Below the pieces are notes generated by a model. The model made no database searches and had not been told where the DNA came from. It saw nothing but the letters and a program-made list of their open reading frames with translations. The position numbers were made by a program, and so were the translations under genes. A stretch of 63,769 bases of DNA, the filler included, from Collodictyon triciliatum (lineage: Eukaryota): the NCBI GenBank assembly GCA_043381765.1. It is 7 parts of 7 records of this genome, joined end to end, with 100 filler letters (N's around TTAATTAATTAA, not from the genome) between each part and the next. Parts side by side here need not be neighbours in the genome. Positions count along the whole stretch, not along the records: positions 1 to 9,313 come from JBHJMP010003074.1; positions 9,414 to 18,723 come from JBHJMP010003075.1; 5 more parts are not named here. One strand, given 5' to 3'. This document shows, in pieces, positions 1-12,686 of the stretch (position 1 is the stretch's first letter; every line of letters begins with the position of its first letter).

Positions 1-315
1 AAAAAAGAAAAAAAGAAAAAAAGAAAAAAAGAAAAAAAGAAAAAAAGAAAAAAAGAAAAAAAGAAAAAAAGAAAAAAAAGAAAAAAAAGAAAAAAAGAAG
101 AAAAGAAGAACAGAAGAAAAGATTCAACACCGAGCTTGCTAAAGAGCCCAGGAAGTCAGCGAAAATTATTCGCCGAGATGGTGGTTTAGCACCTACAAAT
201 ATTAAATGATGCTTATCGCCGCACTAGAGGAAAAAGTGAAATATATATGGATGGGTACGGGTGATGGTTAAGTCTGCAGGTAAGGCATTATCTTCTAGGA
301 AAGTTGAAATACCTT

Positions 316-3300
316 TCACTCTTCTTCCTGGTCTGCAATCGATAGATCGTCGTCTTCAATTATATCTTCGCAGTCATCTACAAGACTATCTGCCTTTTCT
401 CGCCATAAAGCAGCACTTTCGGCGCTCTTTTCCACAACCCATCCATTGTCAAAACATTTCGCCATCATATGAGCCTGGAACTTGGTAAACTTACCTGCCC
501 TACAATATTCGACAAAATCTTCATCAAATGGAACTGCCCCAACCGAAAGAAGGAGCTTTTTGTTAAATTGGCTCAACCCGTGGACATTTTCCAGTCGGAT
601 ATTCCCACCGTCTAATTTTCTCGGGCCAACACTACGAATGAACCCCCCAGAAACGATCGAATAGGCTCCCAATAAGTTGAATGCGTCACTGGTTTTGTGT
701 ACAATCGCGATTCTTTCGTCGGTGTTTTTTTTCATCACTAGATATCTATCTCGCCTGTAAGTCACATCTGATTTTTGCAAGCAGTAAACTTCATTTCGGG
801 CCACATAATCCCAAATACGAATGGTTTTGTCGGCACTGCTAGACACCAACCATTGCTCTCCATTTGGCCCCTGCACAGCAAAAACATGGTCGACAACATT
901 TGTGTGACCTTGCAGTATTCCTAGTTCATTTGCTGTTTCCACATCCCAGATTCGGATTGTATGGTCTGCGCTGCCAGATGCCAACCACATTTCTCCATTA
1001 GGCCCTTGGACAGAAGAAATGGATTTAATAGCGTTTGTGTGGCCTTCAAGTGATTTTACCAGAGATCCATTTGCCACGTCCCAGATGTTTATACACCCGC
1101 TTTTGGCTCCAGATACCACCCAATTTTCTCCAGCAGGCCCAGATAAATTCAAAATCAAACAGAAGCGATCTTCACTGCTTTCAATTCTCGTGGTGAATAC
1201 GCCGGCAGCCATATCCCAGATGTGAATTGTCTTATGGTTATCGCATGAAGCCAACCAATTTTCCCCGAGGGGTCCCTGGATTCTGCAGATACTCTTGATA
1301 CCATTCCTGTGGCCTTCCAAGGCCTTGACTTCATCTCCACTTGCCAAATCCCAAATTCGAATTATATTATCTCTATAACCACCGGCAGAAGCCAGCCAGT
1401 TTTCCCCATGAGGTCCTCGGATTGTGCAAATGCTAGAGATGGCATCTTTATGGCCTTTTAGCGCTTTAATATGATTACCAGAAGATAAATCCCAAATGCA
1501 TATGACCGTATCTTTACTTGCAGTAGCTAGCCATTCCTCTCCGCTTGGTCCTTGAATTTGACAAGCGCCCGTGATTAATTCCTTGTGGTTACCATAGAGG
1601 CCAATTTGGTCATCAGATATCAATTCCACAATATCGATCTTATTCCCAGAACCTTCAAGAGCCAACCAGTGCTCTCCATTAGGGCCTGGGACGTTGCAAA
1701 CCTTCTGCAATGGCCTTGTATATGAATGCTTGGATTGAATAAGGATCCCGGTAGTTGCATCCCAAATGTGTATGTTTCCATCATAGCTCCCAGAAACCAA
1801 CCAGTTTTTTTTGTTTGGGCCTTGCAAACAGCATAGAAAAGTGACGCCCTCTGAATGACCCTCCAACACTTTGATTTGGCTCTGTGTGGCTAGGTCCCAT
1901 ACACATACTGTAGTATCTCCACTTCCAGAAGCCAGCCAACTCTCCCCATGAGGTCCTCGGACAGAACAAATCCTTGTGACTTCACCTTTGTGCGATTTAA
2001 GCTGAATCATCGACTTTCCTGAAGAAACATCCCATATGCGAATTGTTTTATCATCACTTCCAGAAACCAGCCAGTTTTCTCCGTGAGGTCCTTGAACGGC
2101 ACAAATGCAAGTAACATAATCTGAGTGCCCATCCAGTTTCTTCACCAAGCTCCCAGACATCATATCCCAGATGCGTATTGTCATCAAGTCATCACTAATA
2201 TATGGAAAGTGGCAGGCTGCTGCTAGCCATTGCTCTCCATTCGGCCCTCGAATACCACATGTGTGCGCCACGGCAAAAAAAGGTTCTTGAATGACCTTAA
2301 TTTGGATGCCAGTGGCAATATCCCAGATTCGGATAGTTTTATCATTTAGTCCACCCCCTGAGACAAGCCAGTTTTCTCCATTGGGGCCATGAACATTGCA
2401 AAGACTTATAACAGCTTTAGTGTGTCCTGTTAGTATCCTTATCTGGTTCCCTGTAGCGATATCCCAAATACGTACTGTCTTGTCTGTACTCGCAGATGCC
2501 ATCCATTTTTCCTCATTTGGGCCGCTAATGCAGCAAATAGCCCATATACTTTCAGTGTGTCCACTGAAGGCCCGATGACATCCTCCAATAGTGACGTTAT
2601 TCATATTAGTGTTATTGAAATTGGAGTCTCCCAGTGAGGAGTTGCTCAATATGACACCTTCCAAATTTGCACCAGTAAAATCGGCTCCATCAATTACTGA
2701 GTTGCTGAGATTAGCATTTGGAATATTTATGTGGGACAGGTCCATACCAGCGAAAGACATTCTCATAAAATTTAAGAATGTGATTGCGTCAGATGCTGCT
2801 TTTGATTTTGTTCCGTCGTTTCTCGATGAATAAACGATTTTTAACAAAGCGGATGATATTTGTTCTCTGTTCCATGGTTCATTCGATTCAGTGTTTCCTA
2901 AGTTTTCCATGATGAACTCTCTTACTCTTGTAAAGGCGTGAGGCTCTTCGCATCTCCCAATCTCGCGCGAAATCATTGATAAATACTCGCACGAGTTTAG
3001 AGTTTTTGGATGGACCCATCCAAGACTTTGTTGTAGCCTATCCTTTATTGTGCTCCAAAACACAAATGCCTCCTGGTATTGTCTTAATTTTATGAAAGAC
3101 TGATTGATCTCTTCGCAAACATGCCAAATACCAACATTATCTATTCCATGAGTGTCTTCCAGACTTTGAATTAGAGTTTGATAGAGCAGAATGGCTAGCT
3201 CGTATTCATCCTTGCTTTTCATGAGTCGAATGATATTATCCACCTGTGTACCATCTTTGATGCATACTATCGTATTTGTTTTCTTACGAACCACTGCGGC

Positions 3301-3422
3301 CTTCTGGAAATATTCGACTACTTGATCCAATCTAACAGACAGGTGAGGAATTACAAAAATAATATTAAGCATTTACAAATCGAACGAAAAAGAAAAAAGG
3401 GCAACAATACCAATAATAATAA

Positions 3423-3518
<96 letters not shown>

Positions 3519-4642
3519 GCCATGATATGTATAGCAGAAAGAGATGTGCCTTTCAAGTTGATAATTTGTCCTTCCAACATTTTCAAGGGAGGACGAATAG
3601 TCAGGATGATTTTCTCCAAGTGTCCTCTTTCGAATAATCAATGTTTTCATGTAAGACTCCAAGGCAGGACGATACCTTTTAATTAGAGTTTGACATACAA
3701 CTAAGATAAAAAAAATTGACGGAATTTATTCTCTTTTTGGTTTTTTTTATTTCGCTTCTAATAATTGACACACAAAGGAAATGTATCTTATGATCTGGTT
3801 AAGAAAATTTGATAGAACCTTTTCAGGTCATGGTTAACATTTCCCATCAATTCGTAGCAATTAAGAACGCTTGGATGATTTTCACCTAGTGTCTTTGTGT
3901 AAATTCCTAACGCAACTGCTATTGCAGATAGAGCCTCTTGTATTCTAGATTTTTGATCATAATCATTACAATATATACGTGTTGTTTTGATGTATTTTTG
4001 GATACAAAATCTTGGTTAGATAATCAGGTCGCTCTCATCTACGAATTTTTTTTTTGTAAAATTACTTTCCAGTTTCGATGTCTACTTTAGCCAAATATTC
4101 TATGACAGAGGAGACAGATGGGTGGCTCATTCCGAGAGAATTCTCTATTATTTCCTTTGCCTCCTTGTAATATTTTATGGATTCGTGATACCTGGATCGT
4201 ATCAAAATAGATTATAAGGAGGATTTTTTTTAATATGCGATATTATTTTAAGAAATTTCATTACAAGGGAAGGTATTCTATAAAATCAAATTAATCGAAT
4301 CAAAACTTTTTCTCAGCCATAGATACATGCCCAAGATATTGGTAAGACAATGCCGTCAATGGGTGTTTATTGCCAACTTTTTTCAAACGAATTTCCATAG
4401 CTTTCTTGTATTCACAAAGGGCCATGTCGGTGCTAGTCGATAAGATGTTACAAAATGCCACAGAAAATATTGAACATATGAATTCACATTGAGTGCATAC
4501 TCATTCTGCGCCAAATAAAGATCTCCGAAACGGTCGTGGGAATGAGCTACATGAAGGTCGTTTTCATCAAACAGCTGTAGTCGCATATTCGAAGAAATTT
4601 GAAATTCACTCAGCGCCTCTTTCATCCTAAGTCCTTTTTTCT

Positions 4643-4707
<65 letters not shown>

Positions 4708-7498
4708 GAGCACAAGTAGACAATATAAAAATAACTTTTTCTGCTGCTGGTAGATGAATCCTATTTCTTCGTGTATTGTTGCTAACTTGTCGACATTGTC
4801 TTCAATATCTCGCAAAATATGCAAGCATCTACTATAGCACTTCATGGACTCGTTCCAGCTACAAAATGAAAAGTTGGATTCATTTTTGTTTTCAGTTACA
4901 TGTCCTTAACCTTGATAGTGGCCTACTCTTTTGTATGTATTTTATCAATCTCACTTTTGGAGGTTCTTGTACACACGCCCAAGAGTCAAATAATCTGCGA
5001 CTTCCGAATCTGAAATGATACGGACAATAAAAGTGAGAATAACCACGATATTGATCAGGAGTTTGGACTAGTATAGTTGTGTGTTGTATTGTTGAATAAA
5101 AAAGAATACATCAGATGGACCTTTCAGTTATGTGGATACCTTTTGATTTCACTTTTGCCAGGCGAACATTTAGTACAGACAAAAGGAAAGAATTTTCGTA
5201 GCACTCGAGAAAGAATTCGACGAGCATAGCTCCTTCCCTCTCTGATGACTATGTTAAAGTGAGAATGCAAATTTCCACCAATTTAATGGGACTCTAAAAA
5301 ATATTGTAATAGCTACAGTACTATCATGAGAGAGAGAAATGAAGTAATTGATATGGATTTATACTTTAATGAGAGATCCATAGACGTCTTTGTAATCTGC
5401 AGTCCCTTTTTCATGGATGGCCCGCCAGCACGAGAAGAATTCATAGCGGTAGCGACTACCTAACAGTGTTACGACGACCTAATTAATGGAGAAACTATTC
5501 AATACACATTGAAACAAACAACTCAAAAATGCTGGAGTTACTATTATGATGAGCAAGGGAACGCTACATGTTTTTGTCTTAAGTACTCCACAAGTAAATC
5601 GAATGAACTTCCTTCAAGAAGTTGATAGCATATCTCAGCAGTAACTTCTTCGTCAACACATTCGTTGTCGGAGTACTGACCAAAGAGCCACTTTCCATAA
5701 TGCTCATGAGCATTAATTTTGTCAACAAATTCAGAAAAGTACACATCCCCGACCGTTTTTAGGAGAAGCTGATGAAAGTACATGTATCTAGACAAAGTAT
5801 AAAGTCTTGAAACCGAAGATCATATGTTCTTAGGAAGACTAATGGGGCAGGTGATAATAACCATAATAACAAAACAGAACAAAAAGGAAAAAAAGATGGG
5901 AAAAAGGAAAAGATGGGAAAAGAGGGAAAAGAGGGAAAAGAGGGAAAAGAGGGAAAAGAGGGAAAATAGGAGAAAAAAAAGAAGAAGAAAAAGGAAAAGA
6001 GGAAAAAAGGAAAGAAGGAAAGAAGGAAAGAAGGAAAGAAGGAAAGAAGGAAAGAAGGAAAGCCACATACCTTCCGTTGCGAACAAACAATGACTCCATA
6101 AGAGTGAAAAAGAATGACTTCCTGCGATTTAAAGTTTAAAAAAATAGCTATCTTGGATACGATATGTATACTGGAGGGGAGGGGGTGCATAAATGCGTAT
6201 CACGAACCTAACTACTGTTTTTTCTTATCATATATTGAGTATTTTTATCATATATGCTAACCATTCAGCGAGCTCAAACCCATTTTCGATAGAGTCTTGC
6301 ATATATTTATCTAAATCGCCTTCGCTCAAGCCGATGCGGGAAACGAACAATACTTTCATAGACGTTGCGACAAATGGCACTCCTTTTTGTTTGTATAATA
6401 CAATTTTTAAATTTCACTTTTCACATACGAGTATTAAACCAATGAATATATGAAAAGAAATTAGTCACACCTGAAGCATTTATGTCACTCACATTTAAAT
6501 AATAAAAATATAATATGTTAAGAACATCAACAATATGTAAATAAAAAACATATCGTACCTTCCTTGTCGAATTTTTTCCCCCAACGGTTTATAATTAGTT
6601 GATATAGCTCGATAACTCCATCGGTTGATAGTAGCCTAGAAAGTTCCTCTTCAATCTTTTCATAAACACCGAAAACTCTGATTTCATCCAAGATAATTCG
6701 AAGGTAAAGAGGGTGGCCTTGGTTGGTATGTAACAGAGATAAATTACGCTCAGTATATATGAACACAAGATAACATGATTATATCTAGATATTCCTAGCC
6801 AAATATTAACCCGTATCATTAGATTTGTCCAAAATCATTCCCATCTGCATTTCACTCATTTTTTTGTCATAGCGCCTCATAAAGGATTCTGCACCCTCTA
6901 TTATTTCATCGGCAGTCAATTTTGCAACTGGTATTGGATCCAGGCCAATTTGAATGGCAGTCTAGAGTTTACAATTGGATACTTAAAATTTTATGTTATA
7001 TAGTTAAGTTAATAGGGTAGTTTAGGTAATTATTTTCTCATCTTGGTTTTCATCATTGTTTTATATATAAAGTAACGGATTACTTGGCATGATTCATGAG
7101 TGTCTATTGTTGAAACAACTACTGCGATGTTTTTTGGTGTGGTATGAGGCAACCATGTAAGCAAGTGGGGAGCCGGTGTTGCCTGTGACGACTGGATTTG
7201 ATTGACCGCGTCGATGAGGAAGACGAATTTGTCAGATCTGGAGTAAAAGATGATAGGAAAGTCGCATAAGTTACTTGAGTCAAATAAAGGAGAGAGAGAA
7301 AAGAGAATGTATTTGCCATTCGATAGCTGATAAGAGAATAGTTTCTAATTAATACACGATTTTTAAGTAAGTCCATTAGACATTACGTATTTTTTTCACT
7401 GATTCTCCTGATCAATCCATGGAATCCTTCCTTTTCATAACCTGCAAAATACAGCGTATGTCAGAATTAAAGGCAGAGATTTTCCCGGCGTGAAGAGA

Positions 7499-7589
<91 letters not shown>

Positions 7590-9032
7590 CCTGCATCACC
7601 CATTTTGAAGTCGTTGTACTGTTCAAGTCGAGCTGTTAGAGACCAGAAGCGAATAGATATACTACAAAAGTAATAGATATAATTAATATAGTGTGCCTAT
7701 AGATGACAATTGGTGCAATATTAGCAATTGTATAACCTCTCCACATAGTTGCTTAGGTTTGTGCATCCGACAAAATGGTAGAAAATTGTCAAGCCTGGGT
7801 GACTCAGGTTTTCCAAATCTCTTGTTGTTGCTGCCATCAAAGAGGATTTTCCTATGCCTGATTGCGCTGCAAGGACGATGATTTTTGTGTTGTCCGCATT
7901 CAACTGAGCCAAGGTCTAGAATGATTCAAGATGAAATGTTATTTTTAGATAAAATACTAAAATAGATTTTAATTGAGAAAAATCATAAATCCTTTCATTT
8001 TCACTTTCAGTCGAAACGAATAAAGGGAGAAAAAGAAACACACGCCACCTGCTCAGATATTATGTTGAGGAGGTCCTTTCGTCCTCCAAACCCTGTAAGT
8101 CGATGCATTTTGAACTGATGATGAGCCATATCTTCAGGATCTCTGGTCTAATCAGGTGTTTTTGGAGGGTTTATAATGAAGGGATGGAGATAGAAGCAAA
8201 GAGGGGCATTTTAAAGTGTTCCTCTAATGTCTTCTTGGGTAAACTTTGAAAGGACATGATAGGAATGAGATAAACAAACTATTTGATTTCCAAAATCACG
8301 TTCAATCGCAAAAGACAAGTGGTATGTCACGAATTCGGAGTATTCCTTAGCTCCTTTATAAGTAACATGCCCAAATTTAACTTTCACCCGGTCTTTCAAT
8401 TGCTCTTGCCTCCTTCTCTAATTGGTTGTTTATGGCTGAGTTAATAAAAGAAATCAATGTAGCTACCAAAATAGATATTTTTATTGGATCCAAGGATCAC
8501 TTGTCACTAAATCAGATGAAACAGAAGACTATATGATTAAATTATACAGCTTCTTCGTTTTCAGCTTGATAGAGTTGCCTTTCATTATCATTTTTGGCGT
8601 GTTGAACAGCGTGTTGCTCGTCACGGAGATAAAAGAAAGCGCGACTACAAGCAGGTGTCTCGATCAGGCATGCATATTGGACCTACAAAGAATAAGGTTT
8701 GTATTTATTGATGCATTTTTTAACTTATTTGGATGCGCATGTATACGAAGGAAAGAAATAAAATGGTAGTAAATTGAGCGTAGTAAAATAGTTACCTCGT
8801 ATTCGGTAACACTCAGGCCTGGTAATTTGTCGATGAAGGGGAAGCGAGTATTAGTTTCACTTCTCCATTCCACACAATTGTCAGAGGTTCTGTTCAGCTC
8901 AGTCTTGCTTTGGTCTGGAATCCATCCGTAGCGTGCACCAAGAGAGCACACAAAGTATGGGCATTTTTCGATAGATTCCAAGCAGCGAATGACGACCTAT
9001 TTTATTTTTTTCTTAATTTTGACAGAAGCTTT

Positions 9033-9104
<72 letters not shown>

Positions 9105-9300
9105 GTTTTCAGTTTATTTATGAACACTACGCTTGTGATACCAATATTTTAGAGTTTTTGAAAGCGATCTTTTAAAAATAATATATTTGAGGTAAGGCAC
9201 AAACCCATCCTTCGCTACTGTCCTCTGAAGTGAGTCCCCAGCGTAAATCGATAAAAACAAGCTCAATCCCTTTAGACTTGGCAAGCCTCTTGAGTCTAGA
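316..9300 (-). CDS. Multi-exon STAND/NLR-like protein: DUF4062 - NACHT/AAA - TPR - pentapeptide repeats - ~13 WD40 - SEL1-like (5' truncated at contig end)
   Basis: Minus-strand exons give IELVFIDLRWGLTSE (~9210-9300), CLESIEKCPYFVCSLGARYGWIP and SVTEYE (DUF4062), Walker A AQSGIGKS (~7846-7869), Walker B FLIDAVNQI..WLP (~7140-7235), GHPLYLRIILDEIRVFG (~6670-6720), and TPR exons (LGENHPS/LGENHPD, ~3560-4850). The last exon, 316-3331 (acceptor ttag), carries pentapeptide repeats (~2585-2760), WD40s (~800-2565) and MAKCFDNGWVVEKSAESAALWREKA. Confidence 0.85.
3421..3517. repeat. (AAAG)n intronic microsatellite
   Basis: Perfect tetranucleotide run inside an intron of the STAND gene. Similar simple repeats occur at 1-110, 4645-4700, 5880-6060, 7500-7587 and 9030-9100. 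Confidence 0.95.
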
Positions 9301-9313
9301 GGAAGATAAAGAA

Positions 9314-9413
9314 NNNNNNNNNNNNNNNNNNNNNNNNNNNNNNNNNNNNNNNNNNNNTTAATTAATTAANNNNNNNNNNNNNNNNNNNNNNNNNNNNNNN
9401 NNNNNNNNNNNNN
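9314..9413. other. Artificial contig spacer (44N-TTAATTAATTAA-44N)
   Basis: Identical 100-bp spacers at 9314, 18724, 28285, 37689, 47094 and 56497. TTAATTAATTAA gives stops in all six frames. Confidence 0.97.
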
Positions 9414-9528
9414 TTCTTTTTTTTTTTCTTTTTCTTTTCTTTTTTCTTTTCTTTTTTCTTTTCTTTTTTCTTTTCTTTTTTCTTTTCTTTTTTCTTTTCT
9501 TTTTTCTCACAGTGAGAAAACGTCCATT

Positions 9529-10766
9529 ATGTCTCTTACAGATACCAGCATCATGGGGATATTTCGTGCTTGCATCCAATCCCACGAACTCTCTTTGAGA
9601 ATTCTGACTCTCACGGAGTCCATTTTGAGCCAATCACCATCGCATTCGATATGTTGGAACTACAGAAGAGAGGTCCTTGTGGCCTTTTCCGAGCAGGTGG
9701 ACTGGTTGGAGGAGCATCGTAGGGTTCTGGAATGGACGTTGCAAAATCCTAAGTCGTATCAACTTTGGCATCACCGCCGATTTGTGCTCGAGCGACTTCC
9801 AGTCGTACCATTGATACAAGAAAACGAAAATATTGAGGAGATATTGGACGAAGATGAGTATAATTACCAGGCATGGAGTTTTAGGTTAATATTTTCTATA
9901 CCACACTATTATTATTTTTTACTCTCTTGTTGTATTGTCGCCCTTTTCTTTATTTTTCCAGTAATCCAGTAGGATAACACGAACAACCATGCGCTTATAA
10001 GTTCTTACATGTGGAAATAGACAGTATCTAGTTGAGAAGGCAGATACATGGGAGAGTGAGTTCGACTACACTGCAAGAAGAATCAGGGAAGCACCGCACA
10101 ATAACTCTTTATGGAATCACCGATTCTTTTTGTATCAGAAGAAGGGCTGGACAGAAGAAATTCGTATTCGAGAGATTCGGTAGTCCATGAGATGTTTTTT
10201 GTTCTTATTCTTGTCGTTCTGATTGTCGTTTGTTCTAGCCGTTCTGATTGTAATTTATCTTCATAATGTCATAGTGCATCAGTTTATTGATTGAAAATCC
10301 TCAGCTGTTTTCCCGCCTTAATCTCGACACTCTGACCCAGCTTAGTCACAGAGATTGTGCGCCTTCACCCCACAGCCGAAGCTGCTTGGAGTTATATCCG
10401 TGGGTCAGTCTCACCAGCTTTGGATTATTTATCTCTGAATATTCTCATCATCTTCCTACGACTGGATTTGGCTATGCACCTTTAATTAATGACCAACAGA
10501 AGGGAGAAAAAAAAGAACAAAACTTTATGGGCAATTTAGTTGGGGTCTAACAGCAACAATACAGGGTCACCAATCATCAAATGGAGGCCTACCCCGCCGT
10601 AAAACATCTATTAAGTGACCCGCTCTTCCACAAATCCATCTTTTGCCTAGTTCTGCAGCTTGAAATGCTTGAAAAGTCGCACCAGAGAACCGACTTGGAG
10701 GCTGCTTTGAATGTTAGTCAGTCAGATATTATCATTACTATCATCATTGCGCAGTCGGCCTCATGA
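9529..10766 (+). CDS. Protein prenyltransferase alpha subunit (farnesyltransferase/GGTase-I alpha-like), multi-exon, probably partial
   Basis: PPTA-repeat motifs ICWNYRREVL, NPKSYQLWHHRRFVL, EDEYNYQAWSFR and APHNNSLWNHRFFL (10021-10179), with GT-AG introns between them. Confidence 0.8.
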
Positions 10767-10775
10767 ACATTATTA

Positions 10776-10866
<91 letters not shown>
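10765..10866. repeat. (TAT)n microsatellite next to an N gap
   Basis: Direct sequence; similar (AAT/TAT)n tracts at 14412-14530 and 61430-61600. Confidence 0.95.
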
Positions 10867-11104
10867 NNNNNNNNNNACCTTGTAGATATGTGCCACACTG
10901 GCCGACACAGACACCATCCGGTCAGAGTACTGGCAGAAGCGCCGCTCACAGCAACTCACCCGCAGGCTCGAAGCGCTCCACCGAGCATAAAGAAACCCGA
11001 CCGAGAACACAAGCAAACTCTCCCCACCTGCCGACCCGTCGACACACTCACACCCACACACACACACACACACACACACAAAAGAGCGCAGCCTGTCTTC
11101 TTCG

Positions 11105-12430
11105 ATGCTCTTCTCTCTGCGCCTTCTCCGCCCGGCGATCTTCGTTCTACACCGCTCACTCCCAAGCCAGCGCCCGCCGTGGAAGCCGCTCGGCCCTGCC
11201 CAAACGCCGAGCTCTGCTCTTACTCAGTGGAGGCGCACGCCGCAAAAGCGCCGAGCAATTGTTGCAGCGCGCGATCCAGATCCTGTGCTGAAGAAGCTGC
11301 TCTCTGTGCCGCCACCTGAAGAGCGCGAGGCCGAGGAAGAAGGCGCTGTGCGTCCGGGCTTTCTGAGTCTCGTCAAGGCTGGTGAGTTACAGATCTGCAC
11401 GCACTGCGGGTTTGCGGTGCTTTCGCGGAGTCGGGGAAGAAACGATCGCGGGTGCAAAGCGCCCGGCCATCAGCAGCGGAACTCGGCCCATGTCTTTGTG
11501 CCACTCGACGAGGTTGCGCTTGCGCTCAGGTGGCTGCCCCAGGTCAAGCGTGGCCCCAGGGAGAAGAACATCATCCGCGAGTATTTTGCTCTGACGCGCT
11601 CCTCTACCAGCCTGGGTGCTGGGCTCGAGGATGAAGGTCGTGTGTCTTCGGGTGCTGAGTTTGGTGGCCAGGGGATTACTGCGCAGCAAAGGGATTCACC
11701 ATCGCGCAGTTACTCTGATGCACAAAGGAATACTTTGCAACAAAGGGATTCACCATCACGCAGTTACTCTGATACACAAAGGATTACTGCGCAGCAAAGG
11801 GATTCACCATCGCGCAGTTACTCTGATACACAAAGGAATACTGTGCAGCAAAGCGATTCACCATCGCGCAGTTACTCTGATGCACAAAGGAATACTGTGC
11901 AGCAAAGCGATTCACCATCGCGCAGTTACTCTGATGCACAAAGGAATACTTCTCAACAAAGGGATTCACCATCGCGCAGTTACTCTGATGCACAAAGGAA
12001 TACTTCTCAACAAAGGGATTCACCATCGCGCAGTTACTCTGATACACAAAGCAATACTTTGCAACAAAGGGATTCACCATCACGCAGTTACTCTGATACA
12101 CAAAGGAATACTGCGCAGCAAAGCGATTCACCATCGCGCAGTTACTCTGATACACAAAGGAATACTGTGCAGCAAAGCGATTCACCATCGCGCAGTTACT
12201 CTGATACACAAAGCAATACTTTGCAACAAAGGGAGACATCACCACGCAGTTACTCTGATACACAAAGGAATACTGTGCAACAAAGGGATTCACCATCGCG
12301 CAGTTACTCTGATACACAAAGCAATACTTTGCAACAAAGGGAGACACCAAAACATCGTGATTCACCCCCCAATCGGAATAACTCTCAAGCGGGTCGCAAG
12401 AAATATCATAACGATTATTTAGATCATTAA
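11105..12430 (+). CDS. Orphan intronless protein, 441 aa: basic N-terminus, Cys/His cluster, ~12 x 18-aa repeats
   Basis: Long GC-rich ORF from ATG to TAA; CTHCG...C...H...H cluster; C-terminal half is (TxQQRDSPSRSYSDTQRN)x~12. Confidence 0.6.
   Translation: MLFSLRLLRPAIFVLHRSLPSQRPPWKPLGPAQTPSSALTQWRRTPQKRRAIVAARDPDPVLKKLLSVPPPEEREAEEEGAVRPGFLSLVKAGELQICTHCGFAVLSRSRGRNDRGCKAPGHQQRNSAHVFVPLDEVALALRWLPQVKRGPREKNIIREYFALTRSSTSLGAGLEDEGRVSSGAEFGGQGITAQQRDSPSRSYSDAQRNTLQQRDSPSRSYSDTQRITAQQRDSPSRSYSDTQRNTVQQSDSPSRSYSDAQRNTVQQSDSPSRSYSDAQRNTSQQRDSPSRSYSDAQRNTSQQRDSPSRSYSDTQSNTLQQRDSPSRSYSDTQRNTAQQSDSPSRSYSDTQRNTVQQSDSPSRSYSDTQSNTLQQRETSPRSYSDTQRNTVQQRDSPSRSYSDTQSNTLQQRETPKHRDSPPNRNNSQAGRKKYHNDYLDH
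11671..12350 (+). repeat. 54-bp coding minisatellite, ~12.5 copies
   Basis: Unit gggattcaccatcgcgcagttactctgatRcacaaaggaatactNNgcaNcaaa repeats with period 54. Confidence 0.95.
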
Positions 12431-12686
12431 ATATAAAGGGTACTATCGACTCGTCATTCTGATATAAAGTTATCATACCACATTATGTATTGTGTTTTCT
12501 ATTATACATAAATATTCAAATACTGTAATTTCATTTATCTTTACGATTGCCTTAAGGAAAATAATTGTGGTGTTTAGTTTAGCTAAGACGCGTAGCGATA
12601 AGCATGACCACGCACCTTGCTCTGAGAAAAGAAAAAAAGTAGCGAAACTGTATCACATTTGTTTAAATGCCTTCATATAGCTAATC

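Noticed and set aside
9358-9369. TTAATTAATTAA palindrome as a biological motif
   Set aside because: Identical N-flanked artificial spacer repeated six times.
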